A DNA stretch of 17,223 bases from Candidatus Sysuimicrobiota bacterium (GCA_040289515.1 PSLI01000039.1:1-17223), one strand, 5' to 3'. Positions 10,057 through 16,943 are shown, counted from the first letter of the stretch. The notes: generated from the letters alone by a model not told the origin. Translations and numbers: made by a program.

Positions 10057-10866
10057 ATGTCCCGCGGCCGCAAGCCCTATCACCGTCGCGCTCACGCCGA
10101 CCGCGCGGTCCGGGCTCTGGTGCGTGGCCTGGCCCTCCTGGAACTCCTGGCGGAGGATTGCCCGCTGACCCTCTCTACCCTCAGCCGCAGGGCGCGGCTG
10201 CCTGTGAGCACCACCCACCGCCTCCTGGAGACCCTCCGTCGTCGCGGCTTCGTTCAGGCGGTAGAAAACGCCCGGTACCGGGTAGGCGTGCGGGCCTTCG
10301 AGGTGGGCATGGCCTTCCTGCGCTCCCACCACCTGCCGGAGGTGGCCCGGCCGGTCATGGCGGCTTTGGTGGACCGCGTCAGGGAGACCGCCAACCTGGC
10401 GGTGCGCGACGGCTCGGAGGCCGTGTACGTGCTGCAGGTGGAAAGCGAGCGGATGCTGCGCCTGTTTGCGCAACCCGGCGCCCGGCACCCCCTGTACTGC
10501 ACGGGTGTGGGGAAGGTGCTGGTGGCGTGGGAACCCGAAGAGCACGTGCGGGCCCTGCTGGGCCCCGGACCGCTTTCGCGCTTCACCCCTCGCACCCTCA
10601 CGGACCCGGAGGCGGTGCTTCGGGAGCTGCGGGCGGTCCGCGCTCGCGGGTACGCGGTGGACCGGGAGGAACGCGAATCCGGCGTCCGCTGCGTGGCCGC
10701 CCCCGTGCGGGACGCCACAGGCCGCGTGGTGGCGGCCCTATCCGTGTCCGCGCCCGCCAGCCGCCTGCCGCACCGCCGCATCCCACAGGTGGCGGCCCTG
10801 GTGGTGTCCGCCGCCCAGCGCATCAGCCGCCACCTGGGGTTTTCCCCTGCGCGGCCGGGCAGGTAA
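10057..10866 (+). CDS. IclR-family transcriptional regulator
   Basis: HTH (RGLALLELL...LPVSTTHRLLETL), ETANLA, PLYCTGVGK, TP.T.TD and GYAVDREE...GVRCVAAPV motifs; ATG at 10057. Confidence 0.95.
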   Translation: MSRGRKPYHRRAHADRAVRALVRGLALLELLAEDCPLTLSTLSRRARLPVSTTHRLLETLRRRGFVQAVENARYRVGVRAFEVGMAFLRSHHLPEVARPVMAALVDRVRETANLAVRDGSEAVYVLQVESERMLRLFAQPGARHPLYCTGVGKVLVAWEPEEHVRALLGPGPLSRFTPRTLTDPEAVLRELRAVRARGYAVDREERESGVRCVAAPVRDATGRVVAALSVSAPASRLPHRRIPQVAALVVSAAQRISRHLGFSPARPGR

Positions 10867-10908
10867 CAACTTCCCGCCGCGCCCGGACCTTGCCAAGGCG
10901 GCGGTCGC

Positions 10909-10931
10909 GGATTTCCACGTCTCGGAAAACC
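10909..10931. promoter_or_regulatory. Second putative IclR operator, upstream of the TRAP remnant
   Basis: GGATTTCCACGTCTCGGAAAACC has the same TTTCY-N7-GGAAA geometry as the 10032-10056 site. Confidence 0.45.
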
Positions 10932-11069
10932 GCACCGCAGAAGAGAACGGCGGCCTTGTCCCCGAACCCCCTAACCGCGGGGCATCGGATTCGGCCGACG
11001 GGAAGGGGGGATGTAGGCTCAGTCGGCACCGGTCCTGCACCATACCCGAACGAAAGAGAGGGGGGTGGC

Positions 11070-11303
11070 ATGGGCAGCCCAGCCAAGAAGGCCTACAACC
11101 GCCAGAAGTCTCGGCGGATCTCACGGCGCACCTTCCTCAAGTCGGCCGTGGCAGCCGGTGCCGCCGCCGCCACGGCCACGCTGCTCCGGGTGCACATCGC
11201 CCACGCCCAGCCGCCCACTGTGTGGAAGATTCAGTCCACCTGGCCCACGCGGGACATCTTCCACGAGGTGGTGGTGAGCCTGGCGCAGCGGGTCCATGAG
11301 ATG
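11070..11303 (+). pseudogene. 5' fragment of a Tat-exported TRAP substrate-binding protein (DctP/TakP-like)
   Basis: Tat signal SRRTFLK...AHA|Q, then WKIQSTWP...LAQRVHEM. Recognisable similarity stops at about 11303. Confidence 0.75.
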
Positions 11304-11724
11304 CGCGGTGTTCGCACGCCTGGGCGGGTCCCGGGTCATCGAGCAGCTCATCGCGGGCCTCGGCCTGACGAGCCACCAGTTCCTCTGGCTGATGCTGATC
11401 ATCGTGTTCCTGCTGGGCTGGCCCCTGGAGTGGACGGAGATCATCATCATCTTCATGCCCCTGTTCTGGCCCCTGGCCCCGGCGTACGGCATCGACCCGG
11501 TCTGGCTTGGGGTGCTGGTGGCCGTCAACCTCCAGACGGCCTTCCTGAGCCCGCCGGTGGCCATGGCCGCCTTCTACATCAAGGGCGTGGCACCTCCGGG
11601 CGTGCTGCTGTCCGACATCTGGTGGGGCATGATGCCCTTCCTGGGCCTCCAAATACTGGCGCTGCTGGTGGTGTACTTCTTCCCGCAGCCGGCCCTGTGG
11701 TCGCCGAGCGTGTTGATCCAGTAG
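11304..11724 (+). pseudogene. 3' fragment of a TRAP large permease (DctM)
   Basis: AVFARLGG...FLLGWPLEWTEIIIIFMP...GIDPVW...VNLQTAFLSPP...IWWGMMPF...FPQPALW. Only ~140 aa, in a different frame from the dctP fragment. Confidence 0.8.
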
Positions 11725-11742
11725 GCCCCGGCCGGCGGGGTG

Positions 11743-12816
11743 CTACTGGGCGCCCACCTCGCCGTGCACCTCCACCGGCTCCCGCGGGGGCGCGGGGGTC
11801 TCTGCGGGGGGCCGTGCGGGAGCCTCCCGCAGGAATGCCGCTGCCTGCTCCGGGGAGATCACGTTGATGTAGAAGCCGGTCCCCCACTCGAACCCCGCCA
11901 CCGAGGTCAGCCGGGGCATGATCTCGATGTGCCAGTGGTACAGGTGCTCCGGCAGCGGCACGTACGGGGCGCTGTGCACGATGAAGTTGTACGGTGGGTT
12001 GTCCAAAGCCGCGTGCAGCTTGTACAGGGTGGCCCGCAGGGCGTCCGCCAGCTCCTGCAGCTCCTCGTCCTCGAGGCGGCCGAAGGAGGCCTGGTGGAAC
12101 TTGGGGAGGATCCACGTTTCGAAGGGGAACCGGGAGGCGTACGGCTCGTAGGCTAAGAAGACGTCGTTCTCGTACACCACCCGCTCGCCCCGCTGCAGCT
12201 CCGCGGACACCACGTCGCAGTACAGGCACCGGGCGTGTTCTACGAAGTAGCGGCGCGCCACCTCCAGCTCCTCCTCCGCCCGGCGGGGGATCACGGGCAG
12301 CGCGATCAGCTGGGAGTGCGGGTGGGCCAGGCTTGCCCCCGCGGTGCGGCCGTGGTTGCGGAACAGAGTTGCGTACTGAAAGCGGGGATCCTGGTCCAGG
12401 TCCACGTACCGCTCCCGGTACGCGCGGAGGACCTCCACCACCTGGTCGCCGGGCAGCAAGCCCAGGTGGGTGTCGTGCTCGGGGGTCTCCACGATCACCT
12501 CGTGGGCGCCCACGGCGTCCATGCGCTCGAACAGGGGTCCACCCTCCGCCTGCAGCTCCCCCTCGATCCGCAGGGCAGGGTACCGGTTGGGCACCACCCG
12601 CACCCGCCACCCCGGGCCGTCGCGGGGACCAGCGGTACGCACCGCGTAGATCTCGGGCGGCGTCTGGTCCTCCCGGCCCGGGCAGAACGGGCACCGGTCT
12701 CGGTCCGCGGCCACCAGGGGCTCCCGTCCACGGGCGAAGTCCGTAGGGCGGGACGCCCGCTCCGTGGCAATGATCACCCACCGACCCGAGACCACGTCCC
12801 GCCGCAGCTCAGGCAT
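11743..12816 (-). CDS. galT: GalT-family (HIT superfamily) hexose-1-phosphate nucleotidyltransferase
   Basis: MPELRRD...WVIIATER..RP, CPFCPG.E, VVPNRYPAL, G.HEVIVETP.H, AGASLAHPHSQ and AGFEWGTG motifs. GAGGAGG RBS; alternative GTG start at 12819. Confidence 0.9.
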   Translation of the reverse strand: MPELRRDVVSGRWVIIATERASRPTDFARGREPLVAADRDRCPFCPGREDQTPPEIYAVRTAGPRDGPGWRVRVVPNRYPALRIEGELQAEGGPLFERMDAVGAHEVIVETPEHDTHLGLLPGDQVVEVLRAYRERYVDLDQDPRFQYATLFRNHGRTAGASLAHPHSQLIALPVIPRRAEEELEVARRYFVEHARCLYCDVVSAELQRGERVVYENDVFLAYEPYASRFPFETWILPKFHQASFGRLEDEELQELADALRATLYKLHAALDNPPYNFIVHSAPYVPLPEHLYHWHIEIMPRLTSVAGFEWGTGFYINVISPEQAAAFLREAPARPPAETPAPPREPVEVHGEVGAQ

Positions 12817-12846
12817 CACGTCCCTCCTCGACGGCCTGTGGCACGT

Positions 12847-14316
12847 TCAGGAGGGTACCGCACCGCGTTTGCTCCGCGCCAGCCTGTACAGGTCCAGGTA
12901 GCGGGTGGCCGCGCACTCCCACGAGAAGTCCGCGGCCATGCCCGCCCGAACCAGCCGCCCCCACACGGCCGGGTCCCGGTACGCGGCCAGGGCCCTGCTT
13001 ACGGCACCCCAAAAGGCTTCCACGGAGTACTCCTCGAACACGAACCCGTTGGCCGTGCCCCTCTCCAGGGCCTCTGGGGTGGCGTCCACCACGCTGTCGG
13101 CCAGCCCGCCGGTCCTGCGCACCACGGGGACGGTCCCGTACCGCAGGCTGTACAGCTGGTTGAGGCCGGAGGGTTCGTACCGGGAGGGCATCAAAAACGC
13201 GTCGCAGCCGGCCTCGATCCAGTGCGCGAGGCGCTCGTCGAAGCCGATACGCACCGCCACCCACCCGGGGTGCCGCCGTTCGGCCTCCCGCAGCTGTGCC
13301 TCGTAGCGGGGTTCGCCGGTCCCCAACAGCACCAGCTGGGCACCGGAGTCCGGGAACCTGTCCGCGCACGCCACCACTAGGTCCACGCCCTTCTGTTCCA
13401 CCAGCCGCGACACCATCCCGAACAGAACCACGCGGGGCTCCTCGCGCAACCCCACCTCGGGCTGCAGTGCCGCCTTGCACACCGTCTTCCCGGACAGGTC
13501 CTCCGGGCCGTATCGGGCGGGCAGGTATGGGTCGTTCCGAGGGTCCCACACCGAGTAGTCTACGCCGTTCAGGATGCCGTACAGGTCGGCGGCGCGCTGG
13601 CGCAGGAGCCCGTCTAGCCCGCAACCCAGCTCCGGGGTTTGGATCTCTTTCGAATACGTCTCGCTCACCGTGTTGAGGATGTCGGCGAACACCAACCCAC
13701 CCTTGAGCAAGTTCACCTGTCCCCAGAACTCAAGGTACTCGAGGTCGAACAAGTGATCGGGTAACCCCAATACGGAGAAGCGGTCTGCGGGGAAAAGGCC
13801 CTGGTAGGCAAGGTTGTGCACCGTCAAGACGGTGGCGATGCCGTCCCAGTCCGCACGGCCGCACGTGCGGAGGTACACGGGCACGAGCGCCGTCTGCCAG
13901 TCGTTGCAGTGCACCACGTGAGGCTTCCAGTCCGTGCGGTCCAGCCACGCCAGCACCGCGCGGCAAAAGAAGGCGAACCGTTCGAGGTTGTCCGGATAGT
14001 CCTGGCCGCCTTCCCCGTACAGCCCCGGGCGGTCGAAGTACGGGGCGTGTTCCACGAACCACACCCGGGGTGCGCCGGAGGGGTCTTCTGCCTCCCACAG
14101 GCGCGCCTCACCCCGCAGCATGCCCACGACAACCTCCACCCTGCCTGCCTCCCTCAGCGCCCACCCGCCGGCTTTGACCGCTCGGTTCAAAGGCGTGACC
14201 ACCCGCACGTCCACGCCGGCTCTGGCCAGCGCCTTGGGGAGCGCGCTGCTCACGTCCGCAAGGCCTCCGGTTTTCGAAAACGGCGCCACTTCCGAGGACG
14301 CAAACAGCACGCGCAA
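12847..14316 (-). CDS. glgA: Glycogen synthase (GT5)
   Basis: SEVAPFSKTGGLADV, HCNDWQT, TVHNLAYQG, GILNGVD, SRLVEQKG and MPSRYEPSGL.QL motifs. Probable TTG start at 14316 after GGTGAGG. Confidence 0.95.
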   Translation of the reverse strand: MRVLFASSEVAPFSKTGGLADVSSALPKALARAGVDVRVVTPLNRAVKAGGWALREAGRVEVVVGMLRGEARLWEAEDPSGAPRVWFVEHAPYFDRPGLYGEGGQDYPDNLERFAFFCRAVLAWLDRTDWKPHVVHCNDWQTALVPVYLRTCGRADWDGIATVLTVHNLAYQGLFPADRFSVLGLPDHLFDLEYLEFWGQVNLLKGGLVFADILNTVSETYSKEIQTPELGCGLDGLLRQRAADLYGILNGVDYSVWDPRNDPYLPARYGPEDLSGKTVCKAALQPEVGLREEPRVVLFGMVSRLVEQKGVDLVVACADRFPDSGAQLVLLGTGEPRYEAQLREAERRHPGWVAVRIGFDERLAHWIEAGCDAFLMPSRYEPSGLNQLYSLRYGTVPVVRRTGGLADSVVDATPEALERGTANGFVFEEYSVEAFWGAVSRALAAYRDPAVWGRLVRAGMAADFSWECAATRYLDLYRLARSKRGAVPS

Positions 14317-14357
14317 TGCCTCACCCCACCGTACACCGCCGAAAACACGAAAATAAC

Positions 14358-14386
14358 TTGACCCCGCCGCCCTCACCTGCCAGTAT
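14358..14386 (+). promoter_or_regulatory. Possible sigma70-type promoter reading toward the peptide gene
   Basis: A-rich tract (14341-14357), TTGACC, 17 nt ending in TGC, then CAGTAT (weak -10). Confidence 0.35.
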
Positions 14387-14542
14387 CGCGCCCGAAGGCG
14401 TACGCTGGCGGTGCAAGCGGTACCAGGCCTGACGAGGATCCTCGTCGGCAGCTGAGTTGTCGTGCATGGCGGCGTACAGCCGCCGCTACCAAGTATGTGC
14501 GCCGGGACTCTGTCCCGTAGACCTCTTTCCGTGGTCGCCACG

Positions 14543-14571
14543 ATCGTAGAGCAAGTTTTGTGCCGAGTCAA
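14543..14571 (-). promoter_or_regulatory. sigma70-type promoter for glgA-galT with a sigma54-like motif in its spacer
   Basis: Minus strand TTGACT-N17-TACGAT. The spacer contains CGGCAC-AAAAC-TTGCT (GG-N10-GC). Confidence 0.6.
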
Positions 14572-14650
14572 GCAACGGGAGGATTCCCGTGAACGAACGG
14601 CGCTAACTCTCGATCGGTACGAAATCTGGAAAGGAAAGGAGGGATTACAG

Positions 14651-14737
14651 ATGGGCAAGTGGGGAAAGCTCGTTCTGCTGCTCTCGACGCTGGCTTCGCT
14701 GCTGCTCTCGGCCGCGGCCAACGGCAAGTGGGGCTAG
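14651..14737 (+). CDS. 28-aa small peptide MGKWGKLVLLLSTLASLLLSAAANGKWG (putative signalling-peptide precursor)
   Basis: AAAGGAGG (14635-14642) lies 8 nt before the ATG. Basic N-terminus, hydrophobic core, AAA, short polar tail ending KWG; directly upstream of a membrane HD-GYP gene. Confidence 0.8.
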   Translation: MGKWGKLVLLLSTLASLLLSAAANGKWG

Positions 14738-14798
14738 GGCTCTGAGTCCGGGTCCAGGCTTCCGAACCCTAAACAGAGCTCGGGTTAAGCGCAGCGCC

Positions 14799-14814
14799 TG
14801 GCACGCCGATTGCT
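14799..14814 (+). promoter_or_regulatory. sigma54 (-24/-12) promoter of the HD-GYP gene
   Basis: TGGCAC-GCCGA-TTGCT matches the TGGCAC-N5-TTGCW consensus and ends 22 nt before ATG 14837. Confidence 0.7.
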
Positions 14815-14836
14815 CCCTGCTCCGGGGAGGGAGCCC

Positions 14837-16222
14837 ATGCGTGGGGTGTTGCGCTTAATCATTTCGCTTGCCGGCCTTTGCTTCGTCGGTACGCTTTTCC
14901 ACGCCCTCGCCATCTTGCGAGCGTCGCCGGTCCAGATTTCTCCCCTTGGCGCTGCTGCTTTCATGACGGCTACGTTCCTCGCCATCGTTGCGGAACTCAA
15001 GCCTACCCGCCTACCCTTTGGGACAGAAGTGTTCGAAGTGACCCTCAGTACGGCGGTGGCCCTTCCCGTTCTTATCCTCGTAGGTTGGCCTTTCGCATTT
15101 CTGCTGATGGCCTTCGCCGTGGCGGTCTCCGACATCCAGTTGGCAAAGCCTTGGTACAAAACCCTCTACAATGCAGCCAACAGTGCTCTGTCCGTGTGGA
15201 TCGCGGGCAACGTCTATGGGCTCCTGACGGGGTCTATGGGCCTCGAGTCCTTTAAGACGTCAACCCTTGCTGCCGCTGCAGCCAGCGGCCTCACCTTCAG
15301 CCTCACCAACACGCTGCTTCTGGTGCTGCCCATCGCCACTGTTCAAGGCCTACCCTACCGCACCGTTTTCCCCCCTTATTTCAAGGCGGTTGCCCCCTTT
15401 TATGGGGGCGTCACCTCCCTCTCCGTGGCCGTTGCAGTCTTGTGGCAGCTAAATCCGTTCAGCGTCGTCCTCCTCTTGCCCGCCCTGTTGACGACGCGCC
15501 TCGCGTACCACCACTACGTTCGCCTCCGCCTGGAAACCGACAACTTCGTCGAATCCCTGGCCGACGCCGTTGACCTCCGAGACCCCTACACAGCCGGCCA
15601 TTCGGTCCGCGTAGCCGAACTGGCCCACGCCCTGGGCAAACGGCTAGGGCGCGCCGGAGATGAGTTGTGGGCGCTGCGCTCCATCGCGCGGGTCCACGAT
15701 GTGGGAAAGCTCACCGTGCCCGACGCTGTCCTGCTCAAGGCCGGCGTTCTGACGCCCGAGGAGTTCTCACAGATGAAAGGACACGTGGAGGCCGGGGTGC
15801 GCATCCTGCAGCACATCAGCCTGCACCGGAGCGCCCTGGACATCCTGGCCCAGCACCACGAACGCTTGGACGGCTCCGGCTACCCCCACGGCCTGCGGGG
15901 CGATGAGATCATCTTCCCCGCCCGCATTTTAGCCGTGGCGGATGCTTACGACGCCATGACCACCGACCGCCCCTACCGGCCCGCCAAGACCCCGGAGGAG
16001 GCCGTGCGGGAACTCTACCGGGTCGCGGGAAAGCAGTACGATCTGAGTGTGGTTCGCGCCCTGGAGGACGAGCTGCTGGCCAGGGGCGTGTTGAAGACGC
16101 CCGTGGTTCCCGCGGCCCTGCAGGCCGCCGCCCGCGCCGAGCCGGAACAGGAACCGGATGCTGCTGGTACCGCTCGCGTTGTCCATTTTCCTCGGGTGGG
16201 CTCGGGGCGGAAGCCTCCGTAA
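14837..16222 (+). CDS. Membrane-anchored HD-GYP c-di-GMP phosphodiesterase with a multi-TM N-terminal sensor (possibly MASE9-like)
   Basis: ~225-aa hydrophobic N-terminus (about 7 TM; KTLYNAA motif), then RDPYTAGHS.RV, HDVGK, HHERLDGSGYP and AVADAYDAMTTDRPYR. GGAGG RBS before ATG 14837. Confidence 0.92.
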   Translation: MRGVLRLIISLAGLCFVGTLFHALAILRASPVQISPLGAAAFMTATFLAIVAELKPTRLPFGTEVFEVTLSTAVALPVLILVGWPFAFLLMAFAVAVSDIQLAKPWYKTLYNAANSALSVWIAGNVYGLLTGSMGLESFKTSTLAAAAASGLTFSLTNTLLLVLPIATVQGLPYRTVFPPYFKAVAPFYGGVTSLSVAVAVLWQLNPFSVVLLLPALLTTRLAYHHYVRLRLETDNFVESLADAVDLRDPYTAGHSVRVAELAHALGKRLGRAGDELWALRSIARVHDVGKLTVPDAVLLKAGVLTPEEFSQMKGHVEAGVRILQHISLHRSALDILAQHHERLDGSGYPHGLRGDEIIFPARILAVADAYDAMTTDRPYRPAKTPEEAVRELYRVAGKQYDLSVVRALEDELLARGVLKTPVVPAALQAAARAEPEQEPDAAGTARVVHFPRVGSGRKPP

Positions 16223-16943
16223 CCTCCTGGCCGCGGACGTGCGCCACCCGTGGATCCCCCTGGCGGCCCTGGGCCTGCAGCTGGCCGTCTTCGAGCCGAC
16301 CGGGCCCCTGCCCCTGCTGAGGGGCCAGCAACTGGCCGTGCACGTGGCCTCCTACGTTCTGCTGGGCTGGTTTTTGTGGTTCAACCGCCACCTGCCCGGG
16401 ATGTGGCTGGTGGCCCTGGGCTTCGCCTCCAACGCTGCCGCCATCGTGGCCAACGGAGGCCTCATGCCCGCCTCGGAAGAGGCTCTGCGCAAGGCCGGCC
16501 GGTGGGCGCTGCTGCAGGCGGCCGGGACCTACAACAACTCCACGGTGATCGGCCCCCACACCAGGCTGTGGTTCCTGGGGGACGTCTTTGCGCTTCCCGA
16601 GGGCGTCCCGCTGGCCAACGTGTTCAGCCTGGGGGATGTGTTCCTGGCCCTGGGCGCTCTGATCCTGGTGCCGGCTGCCATGGGTGCGCGCCCTGTGGGC
16701 CGCAGGGCCGTCGTCGCGGGTGCGGTCGCCGCCGCCCTGCTCGTGGGCTTCCTTCTTGCCAACCTCCAGGTCCCCGAGGCCCTCCGCCGAACCGGATTCC
16801 GTCCGCACGGGGCTGGGTCCATCCCGAAAGTTCAACGGGCCAGCACCAGCACCAGGTCGTTGACGTTGGTCCCCGTGGGCCCCGTGCGCACCAGGCCGCC
16901 TGCGGCCTGGAAGAAGGCGTACGAGTCGTTCGCGGCCAGGTAA
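16158..16943 (+). CDS. DUF5317-like membrane protein
   Basis: RGG.L.NL, WFN..LPG, G..SN...I.ANGG.MP, T.L.FLGDV and VFSLGDVFL motifs recognised as DUF5317. Overlaps the HD-GYP 3' end by 65 nt. Confidence 0.8.
   Translation: MLLVPLALSIFLGWARGGSLRNLLAADVRHPWIPLAALGLQLAVFEPTGPLPLLRGQQLAVHVASYVLLGWFLWFNRHLPGMWLVALGFASNAAAIVANGGLMPASEEALRKAGRWALLQAAGTYNNSTVIGPHTRLWFLGDVFALPEGVPLANVFSLGDVFLALGALILVPAAMGARPVGRRAVVAGAVAAALLVGFLLANLQVPEALRRTGFRPHGAGSIPKVQRASTSTRSLTLVPVGPVRTRPPAAWKKAYESFAAR

Noticed and set aside
9795..11867. 690-aa ORF, or a programmed dctP-dctM frameshift
   Set aside because: Only 11070-11303 looks protein-like in that frame. There is no slippery site, and both parts are too truncated to function.
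14317..14727. Long N-terminal extension of glgA (similarly for hemE, hemH, glcF, iclR in the ORF track)
   Set aside because: Open frames caused by high GC; family similarity and RBS or stop-start overlaps begin at the internal starts.
14462..14737. 91-aa ORF as the real product
   Set aside because: The upstream GTG has no RBS, whereas ATG 14651 has AAAGGAGG at ideal spacing.
14651..14737. Canonical AgrD, lipoprotein, Trp attenuator leader or type I toxin
   Set aside because: No Cys, no acidic tail and no agrB; Trp codons are not tandem and no trp genes follow. A type I toxin is not excluded but fits the context less well.
14341..14836. c-di-GMP riboswitch or known ncRNA (tRNA, SRP, 6S, tmRNA)
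   Set aside because: No diagnostic motifs recognised on either strand; an Rfam scan would be decisive.
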